A stretch of DNA of 64,000 bases. Source: Mobula hypostoma (taxonomy: Eukaryota). The notes below the pieces were generated by a model. It was not told where the DNA came from. It did no database searches and saw nothing but the letters and a program-made list of their open reading frames with translations. The stretch's first letter is position 1, and every line of letters begins with the position of its first letter. Positions 52,720 through 64,000 of this stretch are shown here, piece by piece. Where the stretch lies: positions 47,990,001 through 48,054,000 of the forward strand of contig NC_086108.1 of assembly GCF_963921235.1 (NCBI RefSeq), written 5' to 3'. A program made the position numbers and the translations under genes.

Positions 52720-54560
52720 AGTTGGTATACAACTAGATGCAGTGTGCAGTGAGACTGTGAGGAAGGACAGACAGATGATAGGGCAAAATTGCAATCGCTG
52801 AGATGTTAAAGTGTTACAAGGGGCCAAAATTAAAATGGGCAACGAATACAGCACTGAAGGTGTTGTATTTGAATGCATGTAGTTTATGGAGTAAGGCAAA
52901 TTACCTTGTAGCACATTTAGAGGTTGGCAGGTATATTTCTTGTGGGCATCTGAGTTGTGGTTGAAACAATATCATTGTTGGGAGCTTAAATACAAGGATA
53001 GGCAGCTAGGCGGAGGATTGTTGGTTTAAAAAAAATCAAATCAAGTCCTTAGAAAGAGATGACACAGGATCAGAAGATGTAGAATCCTTGTGGGTAGAGT
53101 TAGGAAATCAAGGGTGAAAAAGATGCTGATGGGAGTTGTATACAATACAGTACAGTAGTCAGACTGTGGGTGACAAATTACTTACAGGAGATAGAAAAGG
53201 CATGTAAAATGGGGAGTTTGAGATATTTATAGGGGATGTCAAAATGTAGGTAGATTGGGGGAAAATAAGATTGGTGCTGGATCCCAAGAGAGGGAGTTTG
53301 CAGAATGCCTAAAAGGTGGCTTTTTTAGAGCAGATTTTGATTGATTCCCTTAGTGGAATGGCAGTTCTGGATTGGCTATAATGTAATGACCCAAATTTGG
53401 TTAGCAAGCTTTAGGTAAAGGAATCCTTGGAGACAGTGATCATAATATAAAGAATTCACCCTGCAGTTTGAGGAGGAGAAGCTAAATTGGATGTATGAGT
53501 ATTACAATGGCGTAAAGAGAGTTATGGAGGCATGAGAGAGGAGCTGGCCAAACTTGATTAGAAGGGAACACAAGCAGGGATAATGTCAGAACAGCATTTG
53601 CTGGTGTTCTGGGGGAAATTTGAAAGGCACGGAAAAGATGTATCCCAAAGGTGAATTATTCTAAAGGGATGATGATGCAGCCGCAGCTGATGAGGGAAGC
53701 CAAAGACAGCATAAAAGCTAAAGCGAGGTCCTATAATACAGCAAAAATTAGTGGAAAAGTAGAGGACTGGGAAGCTTTCTTTTAAAAAAAAAACAACAAG
53801 GCAGCTTAAAATACAAAGAGAAAAGATGAAATGTGAAGGGAAGCTAGCGAATAATATGAAAGAGGATACAAAAAGTATTTTCAGATATATAGGGTAAGAT
53901 AGAGATAAGCGTGGATATCAGACCACTGGTAAATGACACTGGAGAGGTAGTAATGGGGGAAAAGAAATGGCAGAACAACTGAATTTTGCATCAGACTTCA
54001 CTGAAGAAGACACTAGCAGAATGCCAGAAGTGAAAGACTGTCAGGGGACAGAAGTGAATATTATTGCTATTACTAAAGAGAAGGTGCTTGGGAAGCTGAT
54101 AACTTGTTTGGACTAGATGGACTATACACCAGTGTTCTGAAAGAGGCAGCTGAAGAGATTGTGGAATCATTAGTAATGATCTTTTAAGAATTACTAGATT
54201 CTGGAATGGTTTCAGAGGACTGGAGAATTACAAATGTCACTCCACTCTTTAAGGAGGGAGGGAGGCAGAAGAAAGGAAATTAAAGGTCAATTAGCCTGAC
54301 TTCAATGGGTGGAAAGCTGTTGGAATCCATTATTAAAGATGAGGTTTCAGTGTACTTGGAGGCACATGATAAAATAGACTGAAATCAACAGGAGTTCCTC
54401 AAGGATAAGTCAGTTGGAATTCTTTGAGAAAATAACAGGCAGGATAGACAAAGGATTGGCCAACAGGGAGGAGGCTGAGTGGGAATAAAGGGGGGCTTTT
54501 CTGGTTGATGGCTGGTGATTAGTGGTGTACAGCAGGGGTCATTGTTGGGGACTGCTTCTT
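52720..54560 (+). mobile_element. Decayed CR1 ORF2 fragment
   Basis: VESLWVEL, LGDSDHN, GLDGLYTSVLKE, EDWRITNVTPLFKEG and ISLTSMGGKLLES in broken frames. Confidence 0.8.
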
Positions 54561-54842
54561 AATCACTTCCTTTGTGGATTAATTTGAATTTCACTTTGAA
54601 GCTCATGGTGGAAAGACATCTACCTTCATCCTCTGCTTGCCCCTTAAATGTAGTATCTATGAGTCTTATGTTCTGTTAATATTGATAAGCATTTAGTAGA
54701 TACATTTTGAAGGAAATATTATGTTTATTGCTATTAAGATATTGTTGCTCCACGAGTTTAATCTTGTTTACATGGCATAGTTATGGACTGTTATGTACGT
54801 GTATACTTTGGTTAACACTAGTCATAAGAATAATTGACAATA

Positions 54843-55010
54843 CAGGTTGACTACTTCTTAGCTGAAATGCTTGTGACCAGAATTGCTTTGAATTTCAGAT
54901 CTTTTTCACATTTTGGAATTTGAAATGAGATAGCCTGGGATTGTTATCATTTCTGACTCTGAATTTATGTGCTACCGACAAGCAGCTTTTGTCTTACAGT
55001 TGTAAATCTC
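54843..55010 (+). mobile_element. Tigger4/Zombi-like terminal fragment
   Basis: TA|caggttgactacttcttagctgaaatgcttgtgaccagaa resembles the Tigger4/MER46-type terminus as I recall it; no partner end found. Confidence 0.55.
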
Positions 55011-55015
55011 ACATA

Positions 55016-55740
55016 CAGTGATACTAGAAAGTTTGCGCACTCTGTAGAATTTCCTCTTATTTCTGTATAAATATGATCTTAAGTGTGATCAGATCTTCAT
55101 GTAAGTTCTAAAACTAGATAAAGAGAACACAATTAAATAAATAACACAAAAACATTACACTTGTTCATTTACTAATTGAGGGGAAAAATGATCCAATATT
55201 ACATGTACTTGTTGGAAAAAGTAAATTAACCTCTGGGGTAATGCCTTCTACAAAAGCTATTTGGAATCGGGTGTCCCAATCATTGAGATGAGATTGGAGG
55301 TGTTGGTTGTAGAGGTGCCTTGCCCTATTTTTTTTTAAAGATGCACGAAATCATGTTACTGACACAGCCTGCTCTTGAGAAAGGTCTGTTTATGTGCACC
55401 ATGCCTTGTGGACCTTAGAAGAAGAACTGTAGAAATGCATGAAGCTAGGAAAGGGGACAAAAGCATTTCTAAAGACCTGAGTGTTCATCAGTTCTCAGTA
55501 AGAGAAATTGTCTGCGATAGCAGTACTGTTGCTGCTCTCCCAATGAGTGTGGGCATCCTGCAAAGAACACACTAAAATACAATGTGCAGTGCTGAAGAAG
55601 GTGAAAGAGAACCCAAAGGTAACGGTAAAAGACCTGCAGAAATATCTAGAACTTGCTAAAGTCTCTGATCATGTGTCCACGGTAAGAAAAACTGAACAAG
55701 AATGGTGTTCATGGAAGGACATCATGGAGGAAGCCACTGC
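55016..55740 (+). mobile_element. Tc1 transposon 5' half
   Basis: TA|cagtgatactagaaagtttg terminus. Paired-like HTH remnants DLRRRTVEMHEARKGDKSISKDL and VKENPKVTVKDLQ..HVSTVRK. Truncated by the Penelope fragment. Confidence 0.85.
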
Positions 55741-57335
55741 TATCCCTGTGGAAAGCAGAAAGTGGAGGGGAGGAAAAGATGTGCTTTGTGGTGGGATCCT
55801 GTTGGAGATGGTGGAAATTGCGGAGAATTAATGTGCTGGACACGGAGGTTGGTGGGGTGGTCAGTGAGGACAAGAGGAACTCTATCCCTGGTAGGATGGC
55901 GGGAGGATGGGGTGAGAGCAGATGTGTGTGAAATGGAAGAGATACGGTTGAGGGCAGCATTGATAGTGAAGGAAGGGAAGCTCCTTTCTTTGAAGAAGGA
56001 GGACATCTCCTTCGTTCTGGAATGAAGAGCCTCATCTTGAGAGCAGATGTGGCGGAGATGGAGGATTTGGGAGAAGGGGATGGTTTTTGTACAGGTAACA
56101 TGGCGGGAGGAGGTATAGTCCAGCTGGCTGTGGAAGTCTGCAGGTTTGTAATAGACATCAGTAGATAAGCTGTCTCCAGAGACAGATTCAGAGACATTAA
56201 GAGAGGGGAGGGAGGTGTCAGAAATAGACCAGGTAAGTTTGAGGGCAGGGTAGAAGTTGGAGGCAAAGTGGATGAAGTTGACGAGTTCCGCATGGGTGCA
56301 GGAAGCAGCACCAATGTAGTCATTGATGTAGAATAGGAAAAGTAGGGGACGGATGCCAGTGTAGGCTTGGAACATAGACTGTTCCATGTAGCTGATGAAC
56401 AGGCAGGCATAGCTGGGATCCATGCATGTGCCCATGTCTACACCTTTTGTTTGAAGGAAGTGGGCGGAGCCAATGGAGAAATTATTGAGATTGAGGGCAA
56501 GTTCCGCTAGGCTAAAGAGAATAGTGGTGGAGGGGAACTGGTTGGGTCTGGTGTCCAGAAAGAAATGGAGAGCTTTGAGGCCTTTCTTGTGGGGGATGGA
56601 GCTGTATAGGGACTGGGCATCCAGGGAACCAGTAAAAATAAGATTATATGGGCCAGGGAACCTGACACCATTGAAAAGATCCAGAGGGTGTGAAGTGTCA
56701 CAGATGTAGGTAGGAAGGGACTGAACCAGGGGGGAATAAAACAAGAGTCAAGGTATGCAGATATGAGTTCACTGGGGCAGGAACAAGCTGAAACAATGAG
56801 TCTACCTGGACGAGTGGGTTTGTGGATCTTGGGTAGGAGGTAGAAACAGGAGGTGTGGGAACTATGAGATTGGTTGGGAGATCCCCAGAGTTGATAATGT
56901 TGGTGATGGTGTGGCAGACAATGGCCTGGTGCTCCTTAATGGGGTTTTGTTCGAAGCGCAAGTAAGAGGAGGTGTCTGGGAGTTGCTACTGGGCCTCCGC
57001 AAGGTGGAAGTCAGTACACCAGACGGCATCAGTAGCATCTGCGGGGTTGACGGTGAGGGAGTGGAGAGCATTGTGTTCAGAAGGAATGAGGTTGGAGTTG
57101 GAGAGAGGAGTGTTAAAGACCAAATGGTTAATGCAGTTAGCAATGAAAAGCCCCGGAGCAGGCAGAAGACCAGGGTGGGGTGTCCAGGAAGAGGAGAGAA
57201 GGGAGTCATCAGTGCAGGCTGGAGAGTCCTTGCCAAGGAAATAGGCTCTGAGATGGAGGCGGTGGAAGAAGATCCCTTGGAGATGTGTTTGCCCAGATGA
57301 TAGATAGCCTGAGGTATTTTCTCCAGTGCTATTCA
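55741..57335 (-). mobile_element. Penelope-like RT fragment
   Basis: ORF 55740..56744: LDAQSLYSSIP, QTKGVDMGT..PSYACLF, YINDY (YIDD-like), DVYYKP; homologous to 29300-29890. Confidence 0.92.
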
Positions 57336-59065
57336 ACTAATTTGCAAGTATTTAGCTAGTCAATTGGAGTGAGGTTATCATAACGGATCTGGGTCCTGCC
57401 ACATGTACAGGCTTCCCACATGGTATGTTGGATTGAGTTTGAAAGCAAAAATCCTTGTTTTGCAAAATCATACAAAACACAGTGTCAATAACCACAAGTA
57501 TGCAGATGACATGCAGCTTTACCTCAACAATGTTTCTCTTGACTCCTCCACTGATTTGTTCAATATCCTTTTATAATGACCTCTTGTTTTCTCCAGTGAA
57601 ATAACTGGAGTTTTGAATCTATCTCTTTAACTCCATCTGAAAATTCTCTGCAAATGAATTAAATGACTTGCAGTCTTGGCGCACATTTACTGTGTCAAGC
57701 TAAAGATCAAACCTTCTGCACAAATGCTAAGACCATCAATTGTAGGAATCGGTTCTCAGGATTTAAGTTGTGCTCGTAAACAACTAGAGCCTCATTCTTG
57801 TGGTTCATTATATCATCGAAAAGTTATGGGTTCAACACAGTTTTAATTTACCAGATGCATTCTTGAGTGTCTCCCTGTCTATTATTTATACTTAACCATT
57901 ATTTTTAATCCTCTTAACATTTTCCAAGACATTTTACATGGAATTTTGCTTGCTGATAGAAATGGACAGAAACAATTAAATGATTCCTGAGATAAAATTT
58001 AATAGCACAAAGGGAGGGTAGATGGTGCCAAGATCAATTTGAGGAAGTAAGCCTGAGCTGGTTCAAAATTCTAACATCAATAATAAAAAGGGTAATATCA
58101 AGGAGTTGCATCTCAAATTGTCATTTAGAAAGCTAAGACCATTTTTTTGGGGAGCAGGAGATGCAGTTGGGACTGGGGGAATTCTGTGTGTATGCAGGAA
58201 TAGATAATTATACTAAAGCTATCGTATTGTAATATCTTAGTTCTTTAAATACAAAAACTTTTATGGAAAATTTCTGTAATAGAACTGATACAATGGTTAG
58301 TTAACACTTGTAAGTTATTATGGCATAATTTAAAATGATGTAGGAAGATAGTTTTTCTCAATCCCTCTGTCATTCTGAGTTTGGTTTGCTGTGAGGCGTC
58401 TGATATGGTATTTAATACTTTCTGACAGTTTCTTTTGGGTGAAGATACTTTGCTCCACAATTTGGTTACTCATATTCATGTCGGTGTAAATTTGTTCAGA
58501 GGTTGATTTGTGAAGTGAAGCTTCACTGGACAGGACTGCAAATTGGAAACACACTTGTGTTTAGCAAAGTTTCCATATAATGAAGCCTGGTTTAATTTGC
58601 AGGTGACGTAAATGGGGACTGTTCTGCTGCCTGGTAGTAATAGCCTCCTTTTCAACACCACAATGGCAAAAGAAAGAAGAAAATAATAATAACTAATGTA
58701 TGCTGACATTTTTTTCATTTATCTTCAGAATGTAATTTGCTGTCAAAGCTAGTATTTGTTTCACATCCTGTTGCAGCACCTGAGAAGGTGGTGCTGAGCT
58801 GCCACCTTAAACTTCTATAGTCCTTCTGGTAAAGGTACTGCCACGTAGCTGCTGAGTAGAGTTCAAAATCTATGCATGGTGATAATGAAGGCAGAGTAAT
58901 GTCATTCCTTATCATGATGATATCATTTTGGAGGGGAATCTTCAGATAGTGTTCTTGTGTGTTCAATATCCTTCATAATGGAAGACATGGCGCTTGGTGG
59001 TGTTGTCAGACAAGATTACTGGCGTAATTGAATTTCATTTTTGCAGATGAAGCACACTGTAAATT

Positions 59066-59570
59066 GTGTTTTGTAACTCAAAAGCATAAACTAATTGCAA
59101 GAAAAAGATGGGAGCCCAGGAGAACATGTCTTTCTTTCGTTTTTACTTTAAGTGAGGCATGCAGGTATATGACCTGGTGGTGTGATGATGTATCCATTCA
59201 CGCGCTTTTACATATAATTCATAATGAACTATGTAAATGAATGTTCAACCAAACAATATTTACAATATAACTGAAATATTATTTCTTTTCTGTTTTCCCT
59301 TTGGATAATCTCTGTCATAATATGAATATTTTCGATTTGCATTAGGGAAAGTATGGCAAGAGGATTGTCCTCTTTTGGGGAAAAAAATTCGGGTATTTCT
59401 ATTTCCAAGGGAAAACAAGACAGTCTAGCGTTTCCATTATTAGAGGTCATCTTGAATTTGATCTTGTAACTGTGTCCTCCAAGAAACAGAGCCCATCTCT
59501 GCATTTGTGCTGCTGTTGTTAGTGGAACTCTCTTCTGTGCATTGAAAATAGGCACTAGTGTATACAATTC
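59066..59570 (-). mobile_element. Gypsy-like relic (RNase H C-terminus fused to LTR-like sequence)
   Basis: TAAQMQRWALFLGGHSYKIKF..NGNARLSCFP matches the Gypsy RW(A/S)L..NAD.LSR region. The adjacent non-coding piece ends in ..gttacaaaaca on the minus strand. Confidence 0.65.
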
Positions 59571-59589
59571 TCCTTTCAACTTCACTCTT

Positions 59590-60105
59590 GCACCTCAAAT
59601 GTATACTCTCTTGTTTTGTATATTTTGACTCTTGCTCGGGGGTGTGGGCAGATGGTTGGGGAGTGCAAATATCAAATCTGTACCTATGCCTTCTGATTTT
59701 GTAAGTTTTTATCAGATCCCTCCTCAGTCTCCACCTTTCCAAAGAAAGCACCCTATTTCGTCCAACCTAGTTTGTCTTGTATAGCACACTTGCTCTAATT
59801 CAGCTCCTATGTCTTATGGTCTTGTGGCTCAACATTCTTTCTGTAATAGGGCAACCAGTAATGGGGCAACCAGAAATGAATGCATTACTCCTCATGTGGT
59901 CTTTATGAAGCTGCAAAATAATTTCTTGACTCATTAACTCATTGCCTTGTCTAATAAAGACAATTAGGCAATACTTTTTTTTCTCTGCCATTGGCCACTT
60001 TCAGGGAGCTTTGGTCTTGGACCCCAAGATCTGTCTGTACATCAACGCTGTTAAGGGCCCTGCTATTAATTGTGTACAGTCATCTTATATTTCGTCTCCC
60101 AAATA
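59590..60105 (-). mobile_element. Rearranged CR1 3' fragment
   Basis: LSLERWRLRRDLIKTYKI and IVFIRQGNELMSQEIILQLHK. Confidence 0.65.
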
Positions 60106-61733
60106 ATTCAACTGCTTTTTAAAGCTAATAATGCATGTGCTTGAGACTCAGTACGCTGGTAATTCCTCATGATGTTACAGGTAGAGCACTGATTCATTAT
60201 AATGTATTTGATTCTCCAGTCAGTGTTCAATAGATCCACTTGGCTGTATTCTTCTGAAGTCCCAAGCCAAACTACCCTTGACCCAGTATAGCACCAGGAT
60301 GCTGACACTTCGTGCATTTTCCCTTTCCCTTGTATTCTGCACTTTGTAAAGCATATACGGGCTTTTCAATGGTATCCAAAGCTTTGGGTGGTGGTGAATT
60401 CACCATACTCTGCCTACTGCTGAAGTTGTCATGGGGGTATGCCTTGACCCTTCAGCCAGCTCCCAATTGCCAATGAACTTTTAGATCATGGATTGTACGT
60501 CAACAGATCTAATTTGTTTTGTTTCTGTTGTAATCTGTGATATTTGGATTAAGTTGTTTTTGGATTTTTTAAAATCTTGAAGATTAATTAAATTCAGCTT
60601 TTTTTTTAACTGTTTTACATCTGTGGGAAATCTTGTATGGCTTTTTTAATATTTTTGAAGTAATTTCCAGCTGGATGTTGAGAATTCCCATTGCTCTGAC
60701 TCTTGACCATAACAAACCGGTAGAAATAAATATTTTGTTCCTGGAGATTGCTCCATATCAGTGACTCTCAGTAACTGATGTAATGCATCCCTATCTTCCT
60801 TCATGTAACTGAAATGTGTTTTGAAGAAACCCACTGCGAGAGGGCTTTTTTCCCACGTGAGGGGAAAAATACCCATTTGCCCACCTAACCCACTACTTTC
60901 ATCTGACAGAGGATGCAAATTTGTCAACAAATCTCCAAGCATCTATTATTTGTTTGATTTATGAATATCTGGAATATTTTACTATATTACTAATGATACT
61001 TGATGGCTTTATCTCTGATTTAGAAAGTTTATACTTGTAATACGAATAGTACAAAATTCTCAACAAATGAAAGCACTATACCAAATTCACTTTTGTGCAT
61101 TTCAGCCAGTCTTTTTTTCAACAACGTTTTCTAGGACTAGATTGATTTTTCATAAATTAAGTTACTGTCGTAATGAATTTCAAAAACTAGATATTGTTCT
61201 GAACAGTTTCTTCAATGGAACTTTAGTGCTCCATCTCTTGCGTAAAAGGCAGGTGATACAGAGTGCTAAAATTGCCTCTGATGCTGTGTCTTATTAAATT
61301 ACCTATTTGCTCACATGGTCAACTGGGAAATATTCATGAGAGCATTTATTATTGGATAACTGTAAGTGTGCAGTCTCTTTACATGAGTAAAAGAGGAAAT
61401 GAAAGTAGTAGTTGAGCATAATTTTCTATGTGATATTGGTTCAGAAACCTTGGAAGAAAATCATTCAGATGACATTAGTGATGAATTAAAAGTGGACCAT
61501 TTCATGTAAGTGCTACTTGCCATAATTAAAATAAGGTAGAATACCTTCATGTATTCTTTGAGAGGAAGGTTGAAGTTTAAAGGAGGTGTTTGAGGCAAGT
61601 TTTATTTATAGTATGGTAGGTACCTGCAATATTCTGCTGGGGAGGCGTTGGAAGTGGACACAACAATGACATACAAGATGCAATTTTTCATACATGATCA
61701 CTCCGGGCATAGAGGGATATGGGTCACGTACAG

Positions 61734-62929
61734 CAGCAGTCCCCAACCACCGGGCCGCAGAGCATGCGCTACCGGGCCGCGAGCAAGCGATATGATAGGC
61801 GATATGAGTCAGCTGCACCTTTCCTCATTCCCTGTCACGCCCAGTGATCAGCCATTACGCATGCGAGGTCATGACCCGCGCGTCATCCGTGTCAGGGCGG
61901 GAAGGTGATGAACTCCTTGAGCTTGCAAATGATGACGGGCTGAAAAGTATGTTTGACATAACATCTCTGTCGGCATTTTGGATCAAAGTCAAGGCTAAAT
62001 ATCCTGAGATAGCCATGAAAGCACTGAAAACATTGCTTCTATTTCCAACATATCTCTGCGAAGCTGGGTTTTCTGCAATGAATGCAACGAAAACTAAATT
62101 GAGAAATAGACTGGACATAAGGAACCCCCTTCGAGTATCGATGTCTCCCATCACCCCTCGATGGCACCGTGTTGTTGCAGGGAAGCAAGCCCAGGGCTCC
62201 CACTGATTCAGCGATATTGGTGTGTTGCAATGATTTTATATATTCATACGGGGAAAATATGTGCTGTGCGTTTAATATCCAAATGTTACTTAAAATGTTA
62301 TGATGCTATTGACTTACAAGTGACCCTATAACAATTACAGCACGGAAACAGGCGTTCTCTGCCCTTCTAGTCCGTGCCGAACGCTACTCTCACCTAGTCC
62401 CACCGACCTGCACTCAGCCCATAACCCTCCATTCCTTTCCTGTCCATATACCTATCCAATTTTTCCTTAAATGATCATATTGAACCTGCTTCTGCCACTT
62501 CTACTGGAAGTTCATTCAACACTTCAAGCTCCCCTGATAATTGACTTATCATTATATTTATGCGAGGAAAATATGCGCTGTGTGTTTAATATTAAATTCG
62601 TTAGATAAACCCTTTTAGAAACAAAATTAAGTGTATTACCCACTTATCACCTATATTCCGGTCGTGATTAACACCCCAACCCCCATGAACAGAATCGCCG
62701 AAAAGGATTTGCTTGGGGCGGGGTGGGGGGGGGGAGGAAATCGGCAGGTGACGACGCGCATGCGCATTGGTGCCCGCACAAGGCTTCAGGGTCATTGCAG
62801 TCTTTTGGGTAAACAACGCATTTGACTGCTACTCTTGTCCGTTGGCAACCCTACCCCTGGCTGGCCGGTCCGCAAGAATATTGTCAATATTAAACCGCTC
62901 CGCAGTGCAAAAAAGGTTGGGGACCCCTG
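61734..62929 (+). mobile_element. Complete non-autonomous hAT (Buster/Charlie-type) element with 8-bp TSD
   Basis: Termini cagcagtccccaacc / ggttggggacccctg (13/15 match). Perfect TSD acgtacag at 61726-61733 and 62930-62937. Transposase C-terminus FWIKVKAKYPEIAMKALKTLLLFPTYLCEAGFS..KLRNRLDI..AQGSH* ends at 62206. Confidence 0.95.
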
Positions 62930-64000
62930 ACGTACAGTACCAGCAGATAAGGTCTGTTAGATAGGCATTATGATTGTTGGAGACATGGTGTTTATGACTG
63001 TATTGTTCTATATTCGAGTACACATATTATTGGTGGTGTAGATATGAGGATACTCAGGGCAGAAGTGGAGTCAGCCCTGATGTCTTTCAAAGTTAAATCT
63101 ATTTGTATTGATGTCTAAAGAGTTGTAAGGGGTCCAATAAAGAGATGGGTATGTTGAATGGACAGGGATAAACATAAGATAATATAGTAAAATGTATTGC
63201 TTTTTTAAGCTAAAACTCGTTGGATTAATTTCTAAATGCCAAGTTAGAAATGGGTTTCAAAGTTACCACTCTGTGATAACATTATTCAGCTGAACAGCTG
63301 CTTTTGTACAAATTCTTGCAAGCATGATGTGTACTTAGAAATGCAGCAACTTCCTCTATTTTGTGTAAACATATTAGTAATGTCTGTTTTTTCTCAGTAA
63401 ATGATAAATTTTTCCTGACAAACTCAATAAGACTTTGCAAGACATGTTGTTGTAATAGTGGTGCAGACTGTCTCTTTTGCAAGTTGGATCTGTTGCCATG
63501 GATATTTGTCAATAAGATTTTTTCTTCTGTGTGAGCCAGACTGTTCAGCTTGCATGCTGATCTTTGAATGTGAAAATACATATCAAGGAGAAATTTTCAC
63601 AAATAGGAGTTTGCAACCAATTTGCTAAAAATAAACAAATTGAAATATCGTTCACTGCTGTTGAAATGTTATTTCAAAAGAGCACAATCATCCCTGTCTC
63701 TGCCAAAAGGACTGCCTATTGGGGTACAGTTCCATGGATGTAGTATTGTAGAATTTCCTGCTTCCAAATGGCTAGTTCTTGCTGTTCTGTTGAAGAAGGG
63801 ATTTCTTTATGTGATCAACACGGTTCTGCCACAGCAACAAGCAGGAAATATTTGTCGGAATTTTTTTTTCTCTCTGCTCTTCATGCTCTGGTCACGGCTG
63901 CTGGAAATTCTTGATGGCAGCCTCCCTTGCAAGCAGATAGGAAATTATCCAGTAGTGGCCCTCATTTTAAATTAGGTTCCACAAGATGATTCAATGCCTT

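Noticed and set aside
55740..56744. Longest ORF (334 aa) as a functional RT gene
   Set aside because: Penelope RT fragment with YIND in place of YIDD, frameshifted upstream and truncated before the GIY-YIG domain.
61844..62206. ZBED5/SCAND3-like host gene exon
   Set aside because: Only the transposase C-terminus is present, inside TIRs with an 8-bp TSD, and a second copy occurs in the window.

Overview
Eukaryotic (vertebrate) genomic DNA, most likely from a cartilaginous fish. This is inferred from HE1-like V-SINEs, Deu-domain SINEs and the mix of CR1, Rex1 and Penelope elements. The only host coding sequence I can support is coding exon 1 of hemicentin-1 (HMCN1, + strand, 21599-21878; signal peptide plus the start of the vWA domain). 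It is preceded by a CpG-rich, TE-poor promoter region and followed by an intron of more than 42 kb; I did not find exon 2. The rest is mostly decayed, often nested transposable elements: CR1 in CR1; a near full-length L1 with a 13-bp TSD that holds a solo LTR and sits inside a Penelope remnant; Rex1/Babar; BEL/Pao and Gypsy relics; Tc1; two complementary Tigger/pogo deletion derivatives; two Buster-type hAT elements that carry a captured CR1 3' end; a MITE with a 6-bp TSD; and several SINEs. The strongest signal not explained by ORFs is a family of minimal type I hammerhead ribozyme motifs in Penelope terminal repeats. One perfect copy lies on the sense strand of HMCN1 intron 1, one lies in the loop of a 189-bp fold-back mini-element, and one is split by the L1 exactly after its GTC cleavage triplet. 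All calls were made by eye; boundaries of old relics are approximate.
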